Assembly: GCA_965199755.1 (NCBI GenBank) | Contig: CBDASZ010000001.1 | Location: forward strand, 160,001-224,000 | From: an uncultured candidatus Porisulfidus sp. | GTDB lineage: Bacteria; Pseudomonadota; Gammaproteobacteria; Poriferisulfidales; Poriferisulfidaceae | Length of the DNA stretch: 64,000 bases | Direction: 5' to 3' | Part shown: piece by piece, positions 23,571-33,070 of the stretch | How positions within the stretch are numbered: position 1 is the stretch's first letter | Layout of the letters: the number at the start of each line of letters is the position of its first letter | Position numbers and translations under genes: made by a program | The notes under the pieces: generated by a model | What the model saw: the letters and a program-made list of their open reading frames with translations, nothing else | Databases searched by the model: none | What the model was told of the DNA's origin: nothing

Positions 23571-25616
23571 ATGGCCGCTGCGTCCAATCCCTTGCTGGAC
23601 GCGGGCGCACTGCCGGCATTTGGTCGCATCAAACCGGAACACGCAGTGGCGGCGATCGAGGAGATCCTCGCCGACAATCGGGCCTTGCTTGAGGCCCTGC
23701 ATACCGCACCAGCCGACGAAGCACACCTGTTGCATCCTTTGGAGTGCGCCGAAGCGCGCTTGCAGGAGGCGTTTTCACCGGTTCGGCACCTGCGCGCGGT
23801 CCTAAATACCCCGCAATGGCGCGAAGCATTCAATACCTGCTTGGAGAAGATAACGGAATTTGAGACAGAATTAGCGCAAGATAAAGACTTATATGAGCAA
23901 TATGAGAAACTTAATCAAAGCGAGAAGAAGGATAATTTATCACCAGAGCGCCGAGCAGAGTTGCGACAGGCGTTACTGGGCTTTCGGCTCGGCGGTGTCG
24001 CCTTGCCGGACGCTGAAAAGGCGCGATTTGCGGAAATTGCGCAAGAGTTGGCCGCGTGTTGTGCGAAATTTACTGACAATGTAACGGATGCCACGCAGGC
24101 GTGGTCGCTGCAGATCACGGATGAGGCGCGTCTTGAGGGCGTCCCGGAAAGCATTCGAGGCATGTTGCGCGCGGACGCGCAGGCGCACGAGCAGTCTGGC
24201 TGGCGTATAAACCTTACACCACCTTGCGTTCAGGGCATTCTGATGCATGCGGCAGACCGGGAATTGCGCCGTGAAATCTATATCGCGCATGTCACACGGG
24301 CCTCGGATCAGGGACCGCACGGCGGACAATTCGACAACACCGAGCTGATCGAACGCATCCTCCAGTTGCGCTACGAGCAGGCAAAACTGCTGGGATACGA
24401 CAGCATTGCCGCGCATCATCTGGAGACCCGAATGGCGGACGAACCAGCCGAAGTTTTGGCGTTTTTGAACGATTTGCAGGCTCGCGCAAGCCAAGTGGCC
24501 AAAAATGAATTAGAGCAGTTAAAAGTTTTTGCTCGGAATGAATATGGGTTGGAGGGATTACAGCGGTGGGATCTGGCGTGGATTAGCGAGCGTTTTCGCG
24601 AGCGCGAACTCAAGTTGAACGACGAGGAGCTCAAGCCATATTTCGCTGCAGACCCTGTAATTGAAGGGATGCTGGAAGTTGCTGCAGAGTTGTTCCAGCT
24701 TCAGATCACACGGCGCGAGGACATTGAGACATGGCACTCGGAAGTACGTTTCTATGAAATAAGAGACCGCCAAGGGGGTGATTTGCGGGGGCAATTTTAT
24801 CTTGATCCCTATGCTCGTGAGGGTAAAAATGGAGGTGCATGGATGGATGTTTGTGCACAAAGGCGCTATTTTCAAGGGCAGATCCGTCCTGGAGTGGCGT
24901 ATCTCACCTGTAATGGCATGCCGCCGGCTGGAGATGCGCCTGCGCTATTCACGCACAACGATGTCACCACGCTATTCCATGAGTTTGGGCATGGGCTGCA
25001 TCATATGCTGACCCGCGTGGATTGCGCCAGCGTGTCGGGGATTGAGGGCGTGGAATGGGATGCGGTCGAGTGGCCGAGCCAATGGATGGAGAACTGGTGC
25101 TGGGAGCCGGAGGTGCTGCGGCGTTTCGCACGGCATTACCGGACCGGGGAGGTGCTCCCGGAGGAGTTGATATCCCGGCTGCGCGCCAGCCAGCGATTTA
25201 ATGCCGGCCTTGCGTTGATGCGCCAACTGGAGTTTGGGCTATTTGATTTCCATCTGCATCTGGAATACCGTCCTGATCGCGGTGCGCGCGTTCAGGAGTT
25301 GCTGGACGAAATTCGCGGCACTATGGATTTGTTGGAGACGCCGAAATTTGTACGCACAGCGCATTCATTTGAACATATATTTTCCGGCGGCTACACCGCG
25401 GGCTATTACAGCTACAAATGGGCTGAAGTGCTTTCCGCTGATACATTTGAAGCATTCGTGCAGGAAGGTCTGTTCAACCCGGAGACGGCGCGACGTTTTG
25501 AGACCTGTCTGCTGGCGGCGGGCAGTGTTCGTCCGGCATCGGAGATGTTCGAGGCGTTTCGAGGCCGCGCGCCGCAGCCGGACGCGCTATTGCGGCAAAT
25601 GGGTTTGGCGGCATGA
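23571..25616 (+). CDS. prlC: oligopeptidase A (M3 family)
   Basis: NPLL N-terminus, FHEFGHGLHH, WDAVEWPSQ, AGYYSYKWAEVL. Confidence 0.93.
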   Translation: MAAASNPLLDAGALPAFGRIKPEHAVAAIEEILADNRALLEALHTAPADEAHLLHPLECAEARLQEAFSPVRHLRAVLNTPQWREAFNTCLEKITEFETELAQDKDLYEQYEKLNQSEKKDNLSPERRAELRQALLGFRLGGVALPDAEKARFAEIAQELAACCAKFTDNVTDATQAWSLQITDEARLEGVPESIRGMLRADAQAHEQSGWRINLTPPCVQGILMHAADRELRREIYIAHVTRASDQGPHGGQFDNTELIERILQLRYEQAKLLGYDSIAAHHLETRMADEPAEVLAFLNDLQARASQVAKNELEQLKVFARNEYGLEGLQRWDLAWISERFRERELKLNDEELKPYFAADPVIEGMLEVAAELFQLQITRREDIETWHSEVRFYEIRDRQGGDLRGQFYLDPYAREGKNGGAWMDVCAQRRYFQGQIRPGVAYLTCNGMPPAGDAPALFTHNDVTTLFHEFGHGLHHMLTRVDCASVSGIEGVEWDAVEWPSQWMENWCWEPEVLRRFARHYRTGEVLPEELISRLRASQRFNAGLALMRQLEFGLFDFHLHLEYRPDRGARVQELLDEIRGTMDLLETPKFVRTAHSFEHIFSGGYTAGYYSYKWAEVLSADTFEAFVQEGLFNPETARRFETCLLAAGSVRPASEMFEAFRGRAPQPDALLRQMGLAA

Positions 25617-26377
25617 AAATCGCGACCTGGAATGTGAATTCCTTGCGTTCGCGCGTTGCGCACGTGAGGAACTGGCTGGAGGAAAATCCGGTGGATGTGT
25701 TGTGCCTGCAGGAAACCAAGTGTCGAAATCGGGACTTCCCGCTGAGCGATCTGTGTGGACTGGATTACTACGCCACTTTTTCAGGCCAGAAAGCCTACAA
25801 CGGCGTAGCCATGCTGACGCGCAAGCCGACGGAGGAAGTGGAGGTCTTGGTTCCCGGTGTGGATGATTCGGAGCGGCGGGTTTTGGGGGCCACTATCGAC
25901 GGGGTCCGCCTGCTCAATTTATATGTGGTCAACGGCAAGGAAGTGGGCGATCCCAAATACGTGTACAAGCTTGACTGGCTGGAGAAGGTGCGGAAGTTCG
26001 TTGAGGCTGAGGTGTCGCAATACGAGCGCTATGTGATTGTGGGGGACTTTAATATTGCGCCGGAGGATGCGGACTTGCCTGATGAGTGGAGCATGGAGTT
26101 ATTATGCTCCGAGCCCGAGCGGGCGCGTTATCGCGAGCTGTGCGCGCTCGGTTTTGAGGATTGCTTTCGGCGATTTAAGCAGGCTGATGAATCTTTCAGC
26201 TGGTGGGATTATCGTGGCGGGAATTTTCGCCGCAACTATGGTGTGCGCATTGATCTGATTTTGGCGAATGCCAAGGCGGCTGCGGAGTGCAGTGCTTGCT
26301 TTATTGACAAGATGCCGCGCGCCTGGGAGAAGCCCTCCGACCATGCGCCGGTGGTGGCCGAGTTTGCGTGGACTTGA
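25613..26377 (+). CDS. xth: exodeoxyribonuclease III
   Basis: ATWNVNS, LQETK, GDFNIAP, SWWDYR, SDHAPV. Confidence 0.95.
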   Translation: MKIATWNVNSLRSRVAHVRNWLEENPVDVLCLQETKCRNRDFPLSDLCGLDYYATFSGQKAYNGVAMLTRKPTEEVEVLVPGVDDSERRVLGATIDGVRLLNLYVVNGKEVGDPKYVYKLDWLEKVRKFVEAEVSQYERYVIVGDFNIAPEDADLPDEWSMELLCSEPERARYRELCALGFEDCFRRFKQADESFSWWDYRGGNFRRNYGVRIDLILANAKAAAECSACFIDKMPRAWEKPSDHAPVVAEFAWT

Positions 26378-26386
26378 GCGCGAGGA

Positions 26387-27130
26387 TTATTCGAGGGCTG
26401 AACAGCCGTCCCGATCGCAGCGGAACACAATATTGCGAATGCCCGTGAGGCACTCGACTTCATACAGGTCTTCCTGATCATCGGATTTCAGCAAAGACAT
26501 TTTGCTTTGCATCAGACAGCCAGCGCCGGGCAGCGACTGCTTGGCTTGGCCTTGGAAACGGCCCTGACGATATTTCTTCTCGATGGACATGTCCGGGACA
26601 TCTTCGCCCGCTGCCAGTTTTGCGGAATCGACCTTCGGTAGTTCTGGCTCCTCATAGCCTTCCAGTTCAACATGGCCTTCGGCCAAGGCGCGCTTGTGGG
26701 CGCGCAGGAAAGTATTGAGCGTGTGTACCTTCTCAACGGAGGTGCGCTCGCAGGCCTCGACGTCTGCGCAGAAGGATTCCACCTTGATTTTGGCGACGCC
26801 ACCGGCCATAGGCACCCGCGTGACGCGATACTGAAATTCCTGCCGATGTTTGTCGGGGACTTGGTTGTAGGCGGTCAGGGTGGCTTCGTTTTTCAACGTG
26901 ACTTGAAAGCGGGCGTTTTCTTCCAGCCAGATCTGCGCCTGCGACCAGAGGTAGTCGCATTCCTTGCCGACATTGCAGGTTGCAAAGTCGCGTGCGCTAG
27001 CGGCGATGACATTGTCCTCGTCGTCCTCGTCAATGCCGAAATCAATGGCGGACAGATCCAGATCATCAATCCCCATACAGCCGGCGCTAAGGCAAGCCAA
27101 AAGGACGGCGGGGAGCAGGGAAGAGCGCAT
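26387..27130 (-). CDS. hypothetical lipoprotein
   Basis: signal peptide ending in lipobox-like LSAG-C; several Cys pairs; TATAAT upstream. Confidence 0.7.
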   Translation of the reverse strand: MRSSLLPAVLLACLSAGCMGIDDLDLSAIDFGIDEDDEDNVIAASARDFATCNVGKECDYLWSQAQIWLEENARFQVTLKNEATLTAYNQVPDKHRQEFQYRVTRVPMAGGVAKIKVESFCADVEACERTSVEKVHTLNTFLRAHKRALAEGHVELEGYEEPELPKVDSAKLAAGEDVPDMSIEKKYRQGRFQGQAKQSLPGAGCLMQSKMSLLKSDDQEDLYEVECLTGIRNIVFRCDRDGCSALE

Positions 27131-27251
27131 AAATCAGAGGGGCAGACAAAGCAGAGAACGCATTATATAGAAGAGGCACACACCAGCAGGCTTCAGGCAT
27201 CTGTCAGCAATCGGGTGCTGGTGTCAGATCAGGAAGAGGCACGCCACTGAC

Positions 27252-28952
27252 TCACATCGCCTGCAGCCACAGGCACTGATAGGGAGTCAGGCTCATATTC
27301 AGGTGGCGCACGCGCAGCCGGTGCGTGTTCCCGCTGATCAGATCCCGCGCCCGCGACGGGCATCCCAACGGTTCGGAGTCCAGATGCAGAGACTGTGTTT
27401 GCGGAGTCAGGTTGCACACGAAAAGGACGGGCTGTTCCACGTCGCCGCGGCGCAGCGCCAGAAACCCGGATCCCAGCCTCACCGGTGCCATGGACGCGCC
27501 CGGCGCGAAGGCTGCCGTGGCGCGACGCAGTCGGATGCGGCGCAAGGTTTCTGTCAGGATGCGGTGGCGGATGCTGGCGGGATCCTCAAGATCCGCCTCC
27601 AGTTTCGCCCGCTGCAGTTGGCCGCGGTTCAGGGAGCGCGCGCGGCCGGTGCGCTCGGCGAGCGCCTCATCATTCGGCGAGCCCAGCAGGCTGTGCACAT
27701 AGAAAGCGGGGACGCCGGGCAATGACAGCAGCACGGTATGGGCGCACAGCATGCGTTCGACCTGGAAGGCGTCTTCGCCGTGGCGCGTGCCGCGCAGCGC
27801 GTCCAGCAACGTGATGTTGATTTCGTAGGGGCTCTCCACTCCCTGTTCATCGGCGCGTGTGCTGATGCGCCCGCCAAAGCGGCGCATTGAGGAAAGCAAA
27901 TCCTCCATCTCGTCGGGGCGGACGATTTTCTCAACCGGGCGCACTCCGATGCCGTCGTGCGACGCGATGAAGTTCAGGAAGGTTTTACCCTCAGGCAGGT
28001 CAGGCCACTGATGCAGCCAGCGTTGAAGGTACACGGAACTGCCGCGGTGCAGGGCCTGCAGCAACAAGGAAGGCAAGGCGAATTGATAGACCATGTCCGC
28101 CTCGTCACCGTCCCCGAAGTAACTCAGGTTCTCGTGTTCCGGGACGTTGGTTTCAGTCACCAGACGGCAGTCTGGGGCATGGTCATCCAGCACAGCGCGG
28201 AGCAGCTGGACAATCCGGTGCGTATTCGGATGGTGAATGCAGGGAGTGTCAAGTTCTTTCCACAAGAAGGCAACGGCATCCAGCCGCAACAAGCGGGTGC
28301 CGGCTTCCAGATACTGCGCGGTGACGCTCAGCACTTCGAGCAGGACTTCCGGGTTGCGATAGTTGAAATCAATCTGGTCTTCACTGAAGGTGGTCCAGAC
28401 GCCCCGGCCCTGCGGGTCGTTGGGTAGTGGGGTAATTAGCGGTGTTGCGCGCGGGCGCGTAATGCCGGAGGTGTCGAGATCGACAGGCTCCAGATGAAAC
28501 CAGCTGGCGGCGCTATCGTCGCCGTCCCACAGGCGGCGGGCCAAAGGATGTTCGCGCGAGCAGTGATTGAGCACCAGATCCGTCATCAGATCAAACCGCT
28601 CGGCCAGCCGGATGATATCGCGCCAGTCACCGAGATCTTCCCGAACGTCGCGAAAGGCTGAAACCGCGAAGCCGTCATCCGAAGTGGCGGGGAAGTACGG
28701 CAACACATGAACGCCGCTGAAGGTGTCGCCCAGATGCTGCTCCATAAAATCGCAAAGGGTTTGTAGCGGCACTCGGTTGGGTTCCACAATCGTGTCGGCG
28801 TAACTGATGAGTAGGATGTCACGCTCGGACCAGCCCTGAGGCTCGCGCAGGCGCACCTTGCGCGACAGAAAACACTGATCGATTCTCTCTTCCAGCGCGG
28901 CCGCATCCGCGTCCGGGTACAGCACGCGAAGATGCGCGGCGACGGTGTTCAC
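27252..28952 (-). CDS. GH13_18 sugar phosphorylase, probably glucosylglycerate phosphorylase (YcjM-like)
   Basis: GVHVLPYFP..SDDGF, DLVLNH, WTTFSEDQID, RLDAVAFLWK, TETNVP, ASHDGIG, YEINIT; GTG start overlaps the queG stop. Confidence 0.85.
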   Translation of the reverse strand: MNTVAAHLRVLYPDADAAALEERIDQCFLSRKVRLREPQGWSERDILLISYADTIVEPNRVPLQTLCDFMEQHLGDTFSGVHVLPYFPATSDDGFAVSAFRDVREDLGDWRDIIRLAERFDLMTDLVLNHCSREHPLARRLWDGDDSAASWFHLEPVDLDTSGITRPRATPLITPLPNDPQGRGVWTTFSEDQIDFNYRNPEVLLEVLSVTAQYLEAGTRLLRLDAVAFLWKELDTPCIHHPNTHRIVQLLRAVLDDHAPDCRLVTETNVPEHENLSYFGDGDEADMVYQFALPSLLLQALHRGSSVYLQRWLHQWPDLPEGKTFLNFIASHDGIGVRPVEKIVRPDEMEDLLSSMRRFGGRISTRADEQGVESPYEINITLLDALRGTRHGEDAFQVERMLCAHTVLLSLPGVPAFYVHSLLGSPNDEALAERTGRARSLNRGQLQRAKLEADLEDPASIRHRILTETLRRIRLRRATAAFAPGASMAPVRLGSGFLALRRGDVEQPVLFVCNLTPQTQSLHLDSEPLGCPSRARDLISGNTHRLRVRHLNMSLTPYQCLWLQAM

Positions 28953-30001
28953 GCGAGGCGTTCCAGAGCCCAGCTCACGTGTTCGCGCACCATATCGCTG
29001 GGGTGACTGGCGCGGGCGCGCAAAGCGGCCATGCCATCTTCGGAGCGTGGCGCGTTGCCGAGTGCGACGGCGACATTGCGCAGCCATTGCAGGTGTCCGA
29101 TGCGGCGCATGGCCGAGCCTTCTGTCTGGCGCAGGAACTCGGTCTCGCTCCAGCGCAGGGCTTCGGGCAGAGGCAGGCGCACCAGACCATTGCGCGCATG
29201 AAAATCTTTTTCCGCCGCGAGGCGCGCATAGCGATTCCAGGGACAGGCCAGCTGGCAGTCATCACAGCCGTAAATGCGATTGCCGATTAAGGGACGCAAG
29301 GAGCGCGAGATAGAGCCTTTCAGTTCGATGGTCAGATAGGAGATGCAGCGTCGCGCGTCCAGTTGGTACGGAGCGACAATGGCCTGCGTGGGGCAGGCAT
29401 CCAGACAGGCGCGACACTCGCCGCAATGTTCCTGATTCTGGGGCGGGTCCGGCGGCAACGGCAAGTCGGTGTAAATCTCGCCAATAAAAAACCACGAGCC
29501 GGCGTCTTCAGACAACAAATTGGTGTGCTTGCCGATCCAGCCGAGGCCGGCTTTCTGCGCCAAAGCCTTCTCCAGCACTGGCGCGCTGTCGGTGAAGACG
29601 CGACACTGGAACGGGCCGACCGCCTCCTCAATCCGGCGCGTCAGCCGGCGCAGCCGCCCGCGCAGAACCTTGTGATAATCGCGCCCTAGTGCATAGCGCG
29701 AGATGTAGCCGCAGGAAGCATCGTCCAGAGCGGTCTGGGCGTCGGCGAAGGAATGTGGCAGGTAGTTCATGCGCACCGAAATGACGCGCTGAGTACCCGG
29801 CAGCAGTTCCTCGGCGCGGGAGCGCTTGGTGCCATGGCGCGCCATGTAGTCCATCTCGCCGTGCCAGCCACGGGCCAACCAGCGCAACAGGTGGGCTTCG
29901 TCTTCCTCGATCTCCGGCGCGCTGATGCCGACGCGATCAAAACCGAGTTCGCCCGCCCACTGATGAATGTCGTGCGCGAGGGTAGTGAAATCGTCGGACA
30001 T
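28949..30001 (-). CDS. queG: epoxyqueuosine reductase
   Basis: ISRYALGRDYHK, DSAPVLEK, CGECRACLDACP, YGCDDCQLACPWN. Confidence 0.95.
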   Translation of the reverse strand: MSDDFTTLAHDIHQWAGELGFDRVGISAPEIEEDEAHLLRWLARGWHGEMDYMARHGTKRSRAEELLPGTQRVISVRMNYLPHSFADAQTALDDASCGYISRYALGRDYHKVLRGRLRRLTRRIEEAVGPFQCRVFTDSAPVLEKALAQKAGLGWIGKHTNLLSEDAGSWFFIGEIYTDLPLPPDPPQNQEHCGECRACLDACPTQAIVAPYQLDARRCISYLTIELKGSISRSLRPLIGNRIYGCDDCQLACPWNRYARLAAEKDFHARNGLVRLPLPEALRWSETEFLRQTEGSAMRRIGHLQWLRNVAVALGNAPRSEDGMAALRARASHPSDMVREHVSWALERLA

Positions 30002-30042
30002 GGAAAACGAGCGAGTGCAGGCGGGCTTACTATACTAATGTT

Positions 30043-31809
30043 ATGTGCGGGATTGCCGGGGAACTGAATTTCAAGCAGCCCGCCTCTGAGGCGGCGCTCG
30101 CCGCCATGCTGCCACAGCTGGCGCGGCGCGGCCCGGACCACGAGGGACAGTGGTGCGACGGCGCGGTCGCTCTGGGGCACCGCCGGCTGAATATTATCGA
30201 TCTGCATCCGCGCGCCAACCAGCCGCTGTGGGACCCGGACAGCAACTGCCGGCTGGTCTTCAACGGCTGCATCTACAACTATCGCGAACTGCGCGCGCAA
30301 CTGCGCGCCCAAGGACACAAGTTTCATACCGAAAGCGACAGTGAAGTCATTCTGAAAGCGTACGCCGAGTGGGGCGAGAACGGTGTGGAATTTTTGGCGG
30401 GCATGTTCGCGTTCGCTCTATGGGATGCCGACAGGCGGCAATTATTTCTGGCACGCGATCGGCTGGGGATCAAGCCGCTGTACTATGCCCAGACACCGGG
30501 GCGCTTTCGCTTCGCGTCCAATACCCAAGCGCTGTTGGCTGCAGGAGACGTGGATCGGGATTTGGACGCGGTGGCGTTGCATCACCACCTGAGCCTGCAC
30601 GGCAGTGTGCCGGCACCGTACACACTATTGCGCGGCGTGCGCAAGCTGCCGCCGGGGCACACGCGAACGGTATCCGCGGAAGGCGATGTTCGAGAGCGGC
30701 GCTACTGGAATCTTGATGCCACCAACCCGGACCTGGAGCGTTCCGAGGAAGAGTGGCTGGAGATCGCGCATGTGCGCTTGCGCGACGCGGTGCACTGCCG
30801 TCTGAAAACTGCGGATGTCCCGGTCGGCGTGCTACTGTCAGGTGGGCTGGACTCCAGTCTGCTGGTGGCCTTGCTGGCGGAGGCCGGTGTGTCGCGGGTG
30901 CGCACCTACAGTGTGGGGTTTGAGGGCGCGGGCGGCGAGGCGGGCGATGAGTTTGAGTATTCCGATGCGGTGGCTGCGCATTACGATACCGACCATCACC
31001 GTTATTTTGTTGGCAATGAGGTGCTGCGCGAGCGTCTCGATGAGATGCTGACGTGCATGAGCGAGCCGATGGTAGCGCAAGATGCCATTGCGTTTTATCT
31101 GCTTTCCGAACAGGTGCGCCAAGACGTCTCGGTGGTGCTGAGCGGACAAGGCGCGGATGAGGCCTTTGCCGGATACTTCTGGTATCCCCGCATGCACGCC
31201 GAGCGCACCGACGGGCTGGAGGCGTTTTGCCTCCATTATCTCGACCGAACGCATGAGGAGTTGAGCGCGGTGCTGGAGCCGGACTGGGTGGGTGAGGATC
31301 ACACGCGGGCCTTGCTGGACGAGCGCTTGCAAAATGATGACACGGCGGAGTTCCTGAATGCGATCTTGCGCATGGACTTGACCCTGCTGATTACAGATGA
31401 TCCGGTCAAGCGGGTGGACAACATGACAATGGCGTGGGGGCTGGAGGCGCGGGTTCCGTATCTGGATGCGGCGCTGCTGGAGGCCATTGCCGGGATGCCG
31501 GCGGAGTTGAAGTTGCGCGACGGCGGCAAATACCCGCTGCGCGCGCTGGCGCGCGGGCGGCTACCGGATACCGTGATCGATCGGCAAAAGGGGTATTTCC
31601 CGGTGCCCGCCCTGAAGCACGTGCAGGGCGCTTTTTATGATTGGGCGAGGATGGTGCTGGAGTCTGCGGAAAGCCAGAGCCGTGGTCTGTTTCGTGAGGA
31701 TTACCTGCAAGGCTTGCTGCAGAATCCCGATCAGCGCAGCCGAATTGACGGCAACTTCCTGTGGCATGCGGCCGCGCTGGAGCGCTGGCTGCAACTGCAT
31801 GGGCTTTGA
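30043..31809 (+). CDS. AsnB-family glutamine amidotransferase, most like N-acetylglutaminylglutamine amidotransferase (AsnO)
   Basis: MCGIAG Ntn start, GHRRL.IIDL, LSGGLDSS, SGQGADE, DDPVKRVDNMTMAWGLEARVP. Confidence 0.85.
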   Translation: MCGIAGELNFKQPASEAALAAMLPQLARRGPDHEGQWCDGAVALGHRRLNIIDLHPRANQPLWDPDSNCRLVFNGCIYNYRELRAQLRAQGHKFHTESDSEVILKAYAEWGENGVEFLAGMFAFALWDADRRQLFLARDRLGIKPLYYAQTPGRFRFASNTQALLAAGDVDRDLDAVALHHHLSLHGSVPAPYTLLRGVRKLPPGHTRTVSAEGDVRERRYWNLDATNPDLERSEEEWLEIAHVRLRDAVHCRLKTADVPVGVLLSGGLDSSLLVALLAEAGVSRVRTYSVGFEGAGGEAGDEFEYSDAVAAHYDTDHHRYFVGNEVLRERLDEMLTCMSEPMVAQDAIAFYLLSEQVRQDVSVVLSGQGADEAFAGYFWYPRMHAERTDGLEAFCLHYLDRTHEELSAVLEPDWVGEDHTRALLDERLQNDDTAEFLNAILRMDLTLLITDDPVKRVDNMTMAWGLEARVPYLDAALLEAIAGMPAELKLRDGGKYPLRALARGRLPDTVIDRQKGYFPVPALKHVQGAFYDWARMVLESAESQSRGLFREDYLQGLLQNPDQRSRIDGNFLWHAAALERWLQLHGL

Positions 31810-31966
31810 GGTTTGTCTTCTACAGAATGAGCGTGTAGGCTTGCAGGGCGACTGGATCGTTCATGAATCAGAGGAGATCCCATTGGCGGGGGCATATGAG
31901 TCTATCAGCAAGATGCTCTCCGCTTGCGACGAACTGTCGCAGCCAAAACAAGGGAATACGAAGACG

Positions 31967-31992
31967 CGGCGGACTGAGCAAGCCGCCGTTTT
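31967..31992 (+). terminator. possible intrinsic terminator downstream of the amidotransferase
   Basis: CGGCGG-N10-CCGCCG followed by TTTT. Confidence 0.35.
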
Positions 31993-32029
31993 GACAGGGA
32001 GGGAGAAATAGAGAATAATAATCATTCTC
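31991..32029 (+). promoter_or_regulatory. sigma70 promoter overlapped by a Fur box
   Basis: TTGACA at 31991, 17-nt spacer, AATAAT at 32014; GAGAATAATAATCATTCTC at 32011-32029 matches the Fur consensus GATAATGATAATCATTATC at 16/19. Confidence 0.85.
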
Positions 32030-32055
32030 ATATTCATTGTTTAGGGAAACAATTA

Positions 32056-33054
32056 ATGAAGCACTGCGTGCGCAGCGTTGCGGCACTGGCGCTTTTGGGC
32101 GCCACGCTGACGATATCAGCGGACCCGGTCACACTCACGATCTACTCTTCGCGGCAAGAGCATTTGATTCAGCCGGTGCTGGATATGTACACCGAGAAGA
32201 TGGGGGTTCAGTTCCGCCTGCATACCGGCAAGCCCGGGCCGCTGATCGAGCGGCTGTCTGCGTCGGAGGGAGAAGGAGATATTCTTCTGACGGTGGATGC
32301 CGGGAATTTGTGGCATGCGACGCAACGCGGCTTGCTGCAGCCGCTGGACTCTCCGGTCTTGCAGGAATTGATCCCTCAAGCGCTTCGGGACTCGGAGAAC
32401 CACTGGTTCGGGTTCTCGAAGCGGGTGCGCACCATTGCGTATAACACGCGAATCGTCTCGCCCGAACAACTGTCCACCTATGAAGCGCTGGCTGAAGAAG
32501 AATGGAAAGGCCACCTGTGTCTGCGCACTTCGCAAAAAGTCTACAACCAGTCCCTGACGGCGATGATGATCGCCCATCATGGTGAGGAGAAAACCGAGCA
32601 AATCACTTCCGGCTGGGTGGCGAATCTGGCCATGGAGCCTCTCTCCAACGACACCAAGGCCCTGCGCGCGGTCGCCGGCGGACAGTGTGGGGCGACGCTG
32701 ATCAACACGTATTATTTCGGCCGCCTCATACGCGAGGAGCCGGATTTGAACTTGGCGTTGTTCTGGCCCAATCAGGAAGATCGCGGCGTGCATGTCAATA
32801 TCTCCGGCGGCGGCATGCTGCGCAGCACCCAACAGCCTGAGGCGACGCAGGCATTTCTGGAGTGGCTGGCGCAAGACGAAGCGCAACGCCTGTTCGCGGA
32901 ATTAAATCAGGAATTTCCGGCCAATCCCACCGTGCCGGCATCAGCGGAAGTCCAAGCCTGGGGTGCATTCAAGGAGGATCAGATCAACCTCGGTGAAGCC
33001 GGACGCTTGCAGGCTGTCGCGATTGAGTTGATGGACCGGGTCGATTGGCGATGA
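32056..33054 (+). CDS. fbpA: Fe(3+) ABC transporter substrate-binding protein (FbpA/FutA)
   Basis: IYSSRQ, TVDAGNL, CLRTSQKVYNQSL, NTYYFG, GVHVNISG; downstream of the Fur box. Confidence 0.92.
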   Translation: MKHCVRSVAALALLGATLTISADPVTLTIYSSRQEHLIQPVLDMYTEKMGVQFRLHTGKPGPLIERLSASEGEGDILLTVDAGNLWHATQRGLLQPLDSPVLQELIPQALRDSENHWFGFSKRVRTIAYNTRIVSPEQLSTYEALAEEEWKGHLCLRTSQKVYNQSLTAMMIAHHGEEKTEQITSGWVANLAMEPLSNDTKALRAVAGGQCGATLINTYYFGRLIREEPDLNLALFWPNQEDRGVHVNISGGGMLRSTQQPEATQAFLEWLAQDEAQRLFAELNQEFPANPTVPASAEVQAWGAFKEDQINLGEAGRLQAVAIELMDRVDWR

Positions 33055-33070
33055 ACCGGATTCACTAGAA

